The notes under the pieces: model-generated
Seen by the model: only the letters and a program-made list of their open reading frames with translations
Told to the model about the DNA's origin: nothing
The model's database searches: none
Assembly (NCBI GenBank): GCA_964516975.1
Contig: CAZFAS010000001.1
Location: 18,823-82,822 of the forward strand
Source: an uncultured Candidatus Saccharibacteria bacterium
GTDB lineage: Bacteria > Patescibacteriota > Minisyncoccia > Phycocordibacterales > Zambryskibacteraceae
DNA: 64,000 nucleotides
Direction of reading: 5' to 3'
Position numbers and translations under genes: made by a program
Shown: positions 55,961 to 64,000 of the stretch, piece after piece
How the letters are laid out: the number at the start of each line of letters is the position of its first letter
Numbering within the stretch: position 1 is the stretch's first letter

Positions 55961-56845
55961 ATGAGAAGTTTATTACAAAAATTAATTTTACTGAGCGTCT
56001 TAACTTATGTTGTACCAACGTATGCATATGGTTCTACTATTTTTCTTACAACAGAATCAAAGAAAATTTCTGTGGGTGATACAGTCGTTGTTTCGGTAAT
56101 GTTAAACACAGAAGACGTGCTCACAAATGCGGTTGAAGGGTCAATCATTTTTGACCCAAAGGACGTAAATTATACAGTGGATGTAAGTGATGCGGGATCA
56201 AAACTTTCAATTTGGCCTACAAAACCAACATATAATCAAGTTGGCCATATCATTACGTTTGTTGGCGGAGAGCCACTCGGCTTTACGTCAAAGTCTGCGA
56301 AACTTTTTGATATTATTATCACTCCACAAAAAGCTGGGAATATAACTTTAAAGCCAAGTAATTTTTTAAGTTATAGAAATGACGGAAAGGGAACAGTCGA
56401 TAAATCATCTGTAAGTAGCTTCACGTTATCTGTTGAACAATTGGGTAGTGGTGAGCAAAATCATAATGAGTGGAAAGATGTTGTGGCGGCAGATAAGACA
56501 TCACCTGAGGAATTTATAATTGAAAGTGGCAGCGATCCCTCTGTTTTTGATGGAAAAAAATTTATAACTTTTCATACTAAAGACCTTGAGTCAGGGATCG
56601 ATCATTATGAAGTCATCGAAGGTGATCTACCGGCTGTAAGATCTGATGGGCAATATGTATTACTAAATCAGAATGCAAATCAAAAAATTACAGTCATTGC
56701 ATATGATAAAGCGGGAAATAACAGAGTAGTAGTTTTTAATTACGAAAATATGCAAACAAGTAGCAAGCAAATCTTTTTTGGTGTATTTCTTGCAATACTT
56801 TTAATGGGAATAATTGTATTATATAGAAAGCAGAAAAATAATTAG
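55961..56845 (+). CDS. cohesin-domain protein 1: signal peptide, cohesin-like beta-sandwich, second beta domain, C-terminal TM anchor
   Basis: The ATG at 55961 is 2 nt after the giant-gene stop (the track start at 55895 overlaps the giant gene). Signal MRSLLQKLILLSVLTYVVPTYAYG. Domain ...ISVGDTVVVSVMLNTEDVLTNAVEGSIIFDPKDVNYTVDVSDAGSKL...LFDIIITPQKAGNITL. C-terminal TM FFGVFLAILLMGIIVLYRKQKNN. Confidence 0.65.
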   Translation: MRSLLQKLILLSVLTYVVPTYAYGSTIFLTTESKKISVGDTVVVSVMLNTEDVLTNAVEGSIIFDPKDVNYTVDVSDAGSKLSIWPTKPTYNQVGHIITFVGGEPLGFTSKSAKLFDIIITPQKAGNITLKPSNFLSYRNDGKGTVDKSSVSSFTLSVEQLGSGEQNHNEWKDVVAADKTSPEEFIIESGSDPSVFDGKKFITFHTKDLESGIDHYEVIEGDLPAVRSDGQYVLLNQNANQKITVIAYDKAGNNRVVVFNYENMQTSSKQIFFGVFLAILLMGIIVLYRKQKNN

Positions 56846-56850
56846 TTCAT

Positions 56851-58587
56851 ATGATTCGTTCACAGTACTCATATCGTTTCTTTCAAAGAATTATTTATAT
56901 AGCTTTATTGCTTTGTGTTTTTATACCACAAAGTAATGTTTTTTCAGCGACTTTATCTATTATCCCGAGCCTGTCACAAGTAAATGCAGGTAATATCATC
57001 AACGTGTCAGTTGCAGTAAACACACAAGGTGTTGCTGTAAATAATAGTGAGGCAATAATTCAGTTCCCTCCAGATTTACTCCAAGTAGTTTCTGTGGACA
57101 ATAGTAGCTCTATATTTTCACTTTGGGTTGAAAACCCATCTTTCTCAAACTCTACTGGACAAGTTTCATTTAATGGCGGCGCTCCTAATCCTGGCTACAC
57201 AGGTAATAATGGTAGAATTTTATCAGTTACTTTTTTAGCAAAAAAAGCAGGAACCGCAACAATTCTTATTGGCGATTCATCAGTGAGAGCAAATGATGGA
57301 TTAGGTACTGATGTTTTGTCGACTAAATCTTCAGCAACTATTAACATTAGTAATTCTGCAGTACCAGTTTCCCAGCCTGAAGTTGCAGTACCAAGTCAAC
57401 CAAAGAATGATCAGGCGCTTATTGTTACGTCCTCAACTCATCCACAACAAAAAACATGGTACAACCTAAAGACAGCACTTCTTTCATGGAATAACCCAAG
57501 TGATGCCACTGCAATAAAGACTTTTTTTGGCTCTCATGCTGATTCTGATACGAGTGTTCTTTATACACCAGCAATTTCTAGTAAAAAAATTGAATCAATT
57601 GATGATGGAATTTGGTACTTCCATGTAAATTATAAGACTGCTCGTGGCTGGTCACCAATTACTCACTACAGACTCCAGGTTGACTCAACAAGTCCAAAAG
57701 ATTTTTCAATGCAACTTAAGAAAAGTGATTTTGGAGGTGCAACTGTGGTTCTTCAGGCTTCAGATGCTTTGTCAGGCGTCGATCACTTTACTATATCTGT
57801 TGATAATGAGAAGCCGATCGTTGTACCTGCAGATCAGAGCGGTTCTGCATCAACGTATCTTCCAATCAATTCGACAGGTACACATACTGTTGTAGGAAGG
57901 GTATACGATAGTGCTGGAAATGTTTCTGAAACTTCTTCAAATATTGAAACAAGTGTCCCGGCCTCACTTACAATCGACTCATATCCATCTGCAATTAAGG
58001 TAAATGAAGTCATCGACTTAACTGGCACTTCGCCATATCCAAATGCAACTCTTTCAGTATCAATTCAAAGGGGAGCTGATTCCATACAAACCTTTAATGT
58101 AACGTCAGATGGTTCATCAAAGTATCACTTTGTAAGTAGACCAATTGAACAAACAGGTGCGTATACAGTATGGGTCAATCTAATACAAGATGACGGAAGT
58201 ATTATTTTGACATCAAGAAAGGTAAAAATTGAGGTTTCAAAACCTATTATTCTTCAGATTGGATCATATACGACAACACTTATGACAGTTCTTACACCAC
58301 TTCTCGCACTTATTATTCTATTTATACTTCTTATATATTATGGCTGGCATAGGTTCTTTATCTTGAGAAAGAAAATGAGGGGAGACCATAAACTTATTGA
58401 GGAAAAAGTTCATCGATCACTTAAAATGCTATCTGAAGAGGTCACGAAGCAACTTTCGGCTGTTGAGAAAACAAGTTCTCGCAGAAAAGTATCTGCTGAT
58501 GAGAAAAAAGCCATCCTTGAACTTAAGAGTGCAATTGCAGATATTGATTCTTATATCGAAAAACAGATAGATTCATTAGAAAAATAA
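56851..58587 (+). CDS. cohesin-domain protein 2: signal peptide, cohesin-like domain, Ig-like domains, C-terminal TM plus cytoplasmic coiled-coil tail
   Basis: Signal MIRSQ...LLLCVFIPQSNVFSA. Cohesin pattern TLSIIPSLSQVNAGNIINVSVAVNTQGVAVNNSEAIIQFPPDLLQVVSVDNSS...GRILSVTFLAKKAGTATILIGDSSVRAND. TM LMTVLTPLLALIILFILLIYYGW, followed by a charged helical tail. Confidence 0.7.
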   Translation: MIRSQYSYRFFQRIIYIALLLCVFIPQSNVFSATLSIIPSLSQVNAGNIINVSVAVNTQGVAVNNSEAIIQFPPDLLQVVSVDNSSSIFSLWVENPSFSNSTGQVSFNGGAPNPGYTGNNGRILSVTFLAKKAGTATILIGDSSVRANDGLGTDVLSTKSSATINISNSAVPVSQPEVAVPSQPKNDQALIVTSSTHPQQKTWYNLKTALLSWNNPSDATAIKTFFGSHADSDTSVLYTPAISSKKIESIDDGIWYFHVNYKTARGWSPITHYRLQVDSTSPKDFSMQLKKSDFGGATVVLQASDALSGVDHFTISVDNEKPIVVPADQSGSASTYLPINSTGTHTVVGRVYDSAGNVSETSSNIETSVPASLTIDSYPSAIKVNEVIDLTGTSPYPNATLSVSIQRGADSIQTFNVTSDGSSKYHFVSRPIEQTGAYTVWVNLIQDDGSIILTSRKVKIEVSKPIILQIGSYTTTLMTVLTPLLALIILFILLIYYGWHRFFILRKKMRGDHKLIEEKVHRSLKMLSEEVTKQLSAVEKTSSRRKVSADEKKAILELKSAIADIDSYIEKQIDSLEK

Positions 58588-58599
58588 ATGCATATAAAT

Positions 58600-58627
58600 A
58601 GCCACCTCTATGAGGTGGCTTGTTTTC
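58600..58627 (+). terminator. rho-independent terminator (agccacctc tatg aggtggct)
   Basis: 9-bp stem followed by tgttttc. Confidence 0.6.
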
Positions 58628-58869
58628 AGTCGATGAAGGTCTCGTGTACCTTCGGGTTCATTATGAATTCTCGTAGCCATAGGAAGGCTCGAAAAATCTG
58701 ATTCGGGAAGATTACACTTACTGAAAAAATGCCCAGGATAATCGCGGCACTTCTTATAACGCTTATCATGTATACTCCCGTTTGATTTTCTTTTGAAATA
58801 ATATCACAAATATCTATCTTGTCTAGTAATATACATATGCTACTATTAACACTCATATTTTTAAATATT

Positions 58870-59871
58870 ATGAAATTATCTATTGGAATTGTGGGCTTAC
58901 CGAATGTTGGCAAATCAACATTGTTTAATGCCCTTACAAAAAAATCTGTACCAGCAGAAAACTATCCATTTTGCACAATCGACCCATCGGTTGGTGTAGT
59001 TCCTGTACCCGATGAGAGACTTGGAAAGCTTTCAGCTTTTAGTAATTCAGCAAAAACAATTCCAGCAGTAGTTGAGTTTGTAGATATCGCAGGTCTTGTA
59101 AAAGGAGCTTCAGAAGGCGAAGGTCTAGGAAATAAGTTTCTTTCAAATATTCGAGAAGTTGATGCCATAGCAGAGATGGTTCGAACATTTAAGGATGATG
59201 ACATCATCCACGTCCATGGAAAAGTTGATCCATTGTCTGACATAGGTGTAATTAATCTCGAGCTCGTGCTTGCTGACAGTGAAACAGCAACGAAAAGACT
59301 AGGAAATATCGGAAGAGATATCAAGAGTGGGAGTAAAGAGGCAGTTGCAGAAGAGGCAGTATTGAGAAAGATCGATGAAGTATTAAAAGCTGGAAATCTC
59401 GCTCAGACTGCAAATCTCACTGATGATGAAGAAAAGATTATTCGTGGTATGCATCTTCTCACCATGAAACCAATTCTCTATATATTGAACACTTCTGAAG
59501 CAAATGAGAATGTTGCTGATGAGATTGCAAGCCAAATACATGGTAAGACGGTGAAAGTTGATCCAGTGTTCGGAACAGGATTTGATGATCTGATAACGTC
59601 TAGCTATGAGTTACTTGGTCTCATGACGTATTTTACAACCGGTGAAGATGAAACACGTGCGTGGACAGTGCCGATCGGTTCTATAGCACCAGAGGCGGGA
59701 ACAGCGATTCATACTGACTTTAAAGATAAATTTATCCGTGCTGATGTTATTGCCTGGGATAAACTCCTTGAAGCTGGATCATATGCAAAAGCAAAGGAAA
59801 AAGGCTGGGTGAGAACAGAAGGGAAGGAATATATTGTCCAAGACGGTGATGTTATTGAGTTTAAAGTTTGA
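58870..59871 (+). CDS. ychF: ribosome-binding ATPase YchF (Obg-family GTPase)
   Basis: IVGLPNVGKSTLFNALT (G1), DIAGLVKGAS (G3), NxxD, and the C-terminal TGS domain (EGKEYIVQDGDVIEFK). The ATG at 58870 was chosen; the track's TTG start adds an implausible hydrophobic leader. Confidence 0.9.
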   Translation: MKLSIGIVGLPNVGKSTLFNALTKKSVPAENYPFCTIDPSVGVVPVPDERLGKLSAFSNSAKTIPAVVEFVDIAGLVKGASEGEGLGNKFLSNIREVDAIAEMVRTFKDDDIIHVHGKVDPLSDIGVINLELVLADSETATKRLGNIGRDIKSGSKEAVAEEAVLRKIDEVLKAGNLAQTANLTDDEEKIIRGMHLLTMKPILYILNTSEANENVADEIASQIHGKTVKVDPVFGTGFDDLITSSYELLGLMTYFTTGEDETRAWTVPIGSIAPEAGTAIHTDFKDKFIRADVIAWDKLLEAGSYAKAKEKGWVRTEGKEYIVQDGDVIEFKV

Positions 59872-59914
59872 GAAATTTGACAAAATTCTATTATATGATA
59901 TTTTCTAAGTAGTC

Positions 59915-60160
59915 GTGTCCTTAACCTACAGATGGAGATCTCAACTAATGAAGTCTGAAACTTCGAGCAAAGAAATTGTTAGTTGGATTGTTATGTTTGA
60001 AGTGCCAGATTGTCCCGGGGCACCTTTTACTACAATTAGTGAAAGAAGAGCAACAATCGAGGCTCCAGATGATTATGAAGAAGCCAAGAAAATTGCAATT
60101 TCTTATCTCAACGGGCTTAAGAATGGAGCGAAGGGCCGAGGTTTGTGGAGAAAGGAGTGA
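59915..60160 (+). CDS. hypothetical small protein (81 aa)
   Basis: ORF only. A hairpin follows (ccccacca...tggtgggg). Confidence 0.3.
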   Translation: MSLTYRWRSQLMKSETSSKEIVSWIVMFEVPDCPGAPFTTISERRATIEAPDDYEEAKKIAISYLNGLKNGAKGRGLWRKE

Positions 60161-60252
60161 TTAGTAATTACCCCACCAGTAACAAAAGTGAATGGTGGGG
60201 TTTCTCTTTGTTAACATACTAAATTAGTACTACAATACTCAGCAGATCTTCT

Positions 60253-60435
60253 TTGGGAGAGTTCTGTATGAAAATTATCATAACCAAGCGTGGAACTGGA
60301 TATCACGCTGAAGTAGAAGGTCGTACAGAGATCTTCGGCAATGGGAAGACTTCTGACGAGGCGCTTGGTGAGCTCATTCATGCAAGTGCAGGCTTATTTA
60401 ACATACAGCTTGAGTACAGAGATAAGGTCAAATAG
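60253..60435 (+). CDS. hypothetical small protein (60 aa)
   Basis: ORF only. A hairpin follows (ccccactg...cagtgggg plus TTTTT). Confidence 0.3.
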   Translation: MGEFCMKIIITKRGTGYHAEVEGRTEIFGNGKTSDEALGELIHASAGLFNIQLEYRDKVK

Positions 60436-60502
60436 TCTAAAGCCCCACTGATAAGCTACGGCAAACAGTGGGGTTTTTCATATTTAGGAGTATAATTGCT
60501 TT

Positions 60503-61468
60503 ATGGAACCACAAAATACAAATAATCCTGTTAAACAGGAAATGGGCGCACCAAAGATGTCAGCACTCGATTTCTTCCTTCATTTAGGAGTTATTGTAGT
60601 GCTATATGTCATGGTTGGATTTTTACTTAATCTCGTTTTTACAGTTATTAATGTTGCGTATCCTCAGGTAGCTACAAATTATTACTATTATCAACCTTCT
60701 ATAAGTTTCCCTGTTGCAGCACTTATTGTGTTATTTCCTTTATTTGTTTTGCTTTCTTGGCTTGTGTACAGGAGTTATGACGTAGATATAGCAAAAAAGC
60801 ATTTAAGTGTAAGAAAATGGCTTACGTATTTAACACTATTCCTTACTGGTGGTGTTATTGCAGGAGATTTAATCACAGTTATTTATTACTATCTTGATGG
60901 TCAAGAGTTGAGTGTGTCATTTATGCTCAAAGCACTCACACTCCTACTAGTGTCGTTAGTTATATTCAGCTATTATCTTCGAGATTTGCAGAGTAAAATT
61001 AGTTCAGCTCAAAGGAAAATCTGGACGATTATTGCTGCTGTTATGATATTACTTTCGATTATTGCTGGTTTTTGGGTTATAGGTTCACCTCGGAATCAGC
61101 GACTTATGCGATATGATGCACAAAAAGTTTCTGATCTTCAGAATATTCAGAGTCAGATTTTGTCATACTGGCAGATGAAAGGAATTCTTCCAGTTACTCT
61201 TGATGCATTGAGAGATTCGACAACGTATTTTTCTATTCCACTCGATAGTCAAACTGGAAAACAATACGAATATAGTACTGATGGAAAACAATCGTTTAGA
61301 ATGTGCGCTACGTTTAATCTAAAATCTGCTAATGAAAATACTTCCCCAAGAGTAAGTAATGCGATGTACTATGTTGGTATGGAGAATGAAAATTGGAAAC
61401 ATGATGCAGGGTATACTTGTTTTTCAAGAACAGTCGACCCAGAACGGTATCCCGTCATAAAAAGATAA
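60503..61468 (+). CDS. polytopic membrane protein with a C-terminal soluble domain (hypothetical)
   Basis: Four or five N-terminal TM helices and a ~130-aa hydrophilic C-terminal domain. A strong terminator follows. Confidence 0.5.
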   Translation: MEPQNTNNPVKQEMGAPKMSALDFFLHLGVIVVLYVMVGFLLNLVFTVINVAYPQVATNYYYYQPSISFPVAALIVLFPLFVLLSWLVYRSYDVDIAKKHLSVRKWLTYLTLFLTGGVIAGDLITVIYYYLDGQELSVSFMLKALTLLLVSLVIFSYYLRDLQSKISSAQRKIWTIIAAVMILLSIIAGFWVIGSPRNQRLMRYDAQKVSDLQNIQSQILSYWQMKGILPVTLDALRDSTTYFSIPLDSQTGKQYEYSTDGKQSFRMCATFNLKSANENTSPRVSNAMYYVGMENENWKHDAGYTCFSRTVDPERYPVIKR

Positions 61469-61473
61469 GGATG

Positions 61474-61506
61474 AAAAAAGCGACTTTGTCAGAGTCGCTT
61501 TTTTCT
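61474..61506 (+). terminator. rho-independent terminator (agcgact ttgtcag agtcgct plus TTTTTTC)
   Basis: 7-bp stem with a strong T-run. Confidence 0.65.
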
Positions 61507-61525
61507 TGTAGTATGAGGAAAATCT

Positions 61526-63841
61526 ATGAAATCATACGACCATTCAGATATTGAGAAAAAGTGGCAGAAAAAGTGGGATGATGAAAGGCTGTACGAAGCA
61601 AAAAATTCTCCTGACAAAGAAAAATACTACGTGCTTATGGAATTTCCATATCCATCTGGTGAAGGACTTCATACTGGTCATGTACGTGGATATACCGCGA
61701 TGGATATAGTCGCTCGTAAGAGGCGCATGGAGGGGAAAAACGTACTATTTCCCGTTGGTTGGGATGCATTTGGTCTACCTACAGAAAATTATGCTATCAA
61801 AACAGGACTACAACCGACCGTTATTACGAAGAAGAACACTGATAATTATCGAAATCAATTCAAATCTCTCGGTATGTCATTTGACTGGTCTCGCGAGATA
61901 AATACAACAGATCCAAAGTACTACAAATGGACGCAGTGGCTTTTCCTTCAATTCTTAAAACATGATTTGGCATATAAGTCGAAAATGCCTATCAATTGGT
62001 GCCCGAAAGATAAAATTGGTCTTGCCAACGAAGAAGTGGTAGATGGGAAATGTGAACGCTGTGGTACATCTGTAGAAAAAAGAGAGAAGGAGCAATGGAT
62101 GCTCGCTATTACAAAGTACGCGGATCGACTCGATAGTGATCTCGATACAGTGAATTATCTCGAGAGAATCAAGACTCAACAGCGAAATTGGATCGGAAAG
62201 AGTGAAGGAGCTGAAATAAGTTTTAAGTTGCAAGTTTCAAGCTCCGAAGATAAATACATAAAAGTTTACACAACACGTCCTGATACGATTTTTGGCGCAA
62301 CGTATCTTGTTGTGTCTCCAGAGCATGAAATTCTTAAAAATAATGAATTAGGGATTATAAATTACGATGAAGTTATGGCATACGTCGCTGACGTAAAAAA
62401 TAAAACAGATATTGAGAGAACTTCGGAAGTTAAAGAGAAAACCGGTGTTGAATTGAAAGGAATAAAAGCTATCAATCCTGCTACAAATGAAGAAATCCCA
62501 GTGTGGGTAGCAGATTATGTGCTTGTACATTACGGAACGGGTGCAATCATGGCTGTTCCGGCAGATGATGAAAGAGACAGCGCGTTTGCAGAAAAATTTG
62601 GTCTTCCCATTATCCGTGAATACAAAAAGGCAGGTTTCAATGATTTTGGAACAAAATCAGTCCGATTTAAACTTCGTGATTGGGTATTTTCAAGACAAAG
62701 ATATTGGGGGGAACCTATTCCAGTTATACATTGTGAAAAATGCGGGATTGTACCTGTTCCCGAGAAGGATCTCCCTGTCGTACTTCCAGAAGTTGAGAAT
62801 TACCAACCAACTGATAATGGAGAATCGCCACTTGCTACGATTGAAAGCTGGGTAAATGTAACTTGTCCTCAGTGTGGTGGCATGGCAAAGCGGGAGACTG
62901 ATACGATGCCAAATTGGGCTGGCTCATCATGGTATTTTTTGCGATATACCGACCCTCATAATGATGACTATTTTGCAGGGTCAGATGCATTAAAATATTG
63001 GACTCCTGTTGATTGGTATAACGGTGGAATGGAACACACAACACTCCACCTTTTGTATTCAAGGTTCTGGCATAAGTTTCTCTTTGATTTGAAGCTTGTT
63101 CCTACAAATGAGCCTTACATGAAGCGAACTTCGCATGGCTTTATTCTCGGTGAATCAGGAGAAAAAATGTCTAAATCAAGGGGGAATGTCATTAATCCTG
63201 ACGATGTTGTGAAAAACTTTGGGGCAGATACGCTCCGGTTGTACGAAATGTTCTTAGGCCCATTTGATCAATCTGCATCGTGGTCTACTGATGGTATTGT
63301 CGGGCCAAGGAGGTTTATTGAGAGGGTGTGGAGATTGAGAGAAAAAATCAACGAGAATGTTGAACAATTTGTAACTGATAAAATTGAAGAATCATTACAC
63401 AAAACTCTCAATAAAATAAATATTGATATTGAAAGGTTTGGTTTTAATACCGCAGTGGCATCATTGATGGTTTGTTTAAATGAGATTGAACGGTTTGAGA
63501 TTATTAGAAAAAATGATTTTGAATTCTTCTTGAAGCTTCTTGCTCCTTTCGTTCCTCATGTTGTGGAAGAACTTTGGGAATCTCTCGGAAATCAAGGAAG
63601 TATCCATAGTACTGCGTGGCCTACTTACGATGAAAGTATGGTTAATCAAAGTGGAGTGACCATCGCAGTCCAAATAAATGGGAAAGTAAGGGCTACCATT
63701 GACGTGTCTGCCGAAATAGGTCAAGAAGAGCTTGAAAAAATTGTACTGGACTTGGACGAAGTGAAGAAGTGGGTTGGGGATAACACAATTTCTCGTATTG
63801 TCTATGTAAAAAATCGCTTGATAAATATCGTTTTGGCTTAA
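61526..63841 (+). CDS. leuS: leucyl-tRNA synthetase
   Basis: HIGH-type motif HTGHVRGY, the KMSKS motif (KMSKSRGN), the CP1 editing region and the zinc motif CERCG. Confidence 0.95.
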   Translation: MKSYDHSDIEKKWQKKWDDERLYEAKNSPDKEKYYVLMEFPYPSGEGLHTGHVRGYTAMDIVARKRRMEGKNVLFPVGWDAFGLPTENYAIKTGLQPTVITKKNTDNYRNQFKSLGMSFDWSREINTTDPKYYKWTQWLFLQFLKHDLAYKSKMPINWCPKDKIGLANEEVVDGKCERCGTSVEKREKEQWMLAITKYADRLDSDLDTVNYLERIKTQQRNWIGKSEGAEISFKLQVSSSEDKYIKVYTTRPDTIFGATYLVVSPEHEILKNNELGIINYDEVMAYVADVKNKTDIERTSEVKEKTGVELKGIKAINPATNEEIPVWVADYVLVHYGTGAIMAVPADDERDSAFAEKFGLPIIREYKKAGFNDFGTKSVRFKLRDWVFSRQRYWGEPIPVIHCEKCGIVPVPEKDLPVVLPEVENYQPTDNGESPLATIESWVNVTCPQCGGMAKRETDTMPNWAGSSWYFLRYTDPHNDDYFAGSDALKYWTPVDWYNGGMEHTTLHLLYSRFWHKFLFDLKLVPTNEPYMKRTSHGFILGESGEKMSKSRGNVINPDDVVKNFGADTLRLYEMFLGPFDQSASWSTDGIVGPRRFIERVWRLREKINENVEQFVTDKIEESLHKTLNKINIDIERFGFNTAVASLMVCLNEIERFEIIRKNDFEFFLKLLAPFVPHVVEELWESLGNQGSIHSTAWPTYDESMVNQSGVTIAVQINGKVRATIDVSAEIGQEELEKIVLDLDEVKKWVGDNTISRIVYVKNRLINIVLA

Positions 63842-63935
63842 TCTTGACAGCTACTTGACTCATTTTCCATAAAATGATACAACAAACAGTACGTATTTCG
63901 GATAAAACACATTATTTATAGTAAAATAGCAAATC

Positions 63936-64000
63936 ATGAGTGATTCAAAGACCATAAAATTCAAGCCAAAACAAGTCACAAAACGACTTCTTTCGGTGTT
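63936..64000 (+). CDS. 5' end of an ORF running off the window (MSDSKTIKFKPKQVTKRLLSV...), unassigned
   Basis: ATG at 63936 in an open frame to the window end. No recognisable motif in the ~21 aa visible. Confidence 0.2.
   Translation, partial: MSDSKTIKFKPKQVTKRLLSV

Overview
This 64-kb window looks like a chromosomal segment from a streamlined, low-GC bacterium whose gene content resembles Candidate Phyla Radiation / Patescibacteria. Standard stop codons are used. Short gene-dense operons carry serS (5'-truncated by the window edge), ftsQ-like, a ClpB-like AAA+ gene, dus, tgt, uvrB/uvrA/uvrC, ddl, pgi, a ROK glucokinase, ychF and leuS. There are also a type IV pilin, many small lipoproteins, one tRNA-Ala(UGC) and a candidate RNase P RNA. 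About 60 CDS are supportable. Four things stand out. (1) A 16.6-kb gene at 39385-55959 encodes a 5,524-aa secreted protein: Ser/Thr-rich N-terminus, about 3,400 aa of glycine-rich GLUG-type repeats, 16 tandem fibronectin-III domains and a C-terminal dockerin. It is followed directly by two genes for signal-peptide, C-terminally membrane-anchored cohesin-domain proteins. This is a non-cellulosomal cohesin-dockerin surface-tethering system and is the most interesting feature in the window. (2) A sharply GC-rich island at about 13.1-18.0 kb carries TerC, TelA, TerD, a TelA-like protein and a vWA protein (a tellurite-resistance/Ter-type stress module). It lies directly downstream of a low-GC PRTase-HAD-PRTase triad, the kind of module that comparative genomics has linked to Ter systems as a nucleoside-like-metabolite pathway. 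(3) Between uvrA and uvrC there is a small GC-richer insert with two paralogous zinc-ribbon-like mini-proteins, a strongly promoted small basic ORF and a palindromic operator-like site. (4) Near-identical internal DNA repeats in the giant gene, plus a tandem ~128-bp hairpin-repeat array downstream of the tRNA. No CRISPR array, integrase or transposase was seen. Many minus-strand ORFs inside the giant gene are antisense artefacts of Gly-codon repeats. Coordinates for terminators and promoters are approximate to a few bases.
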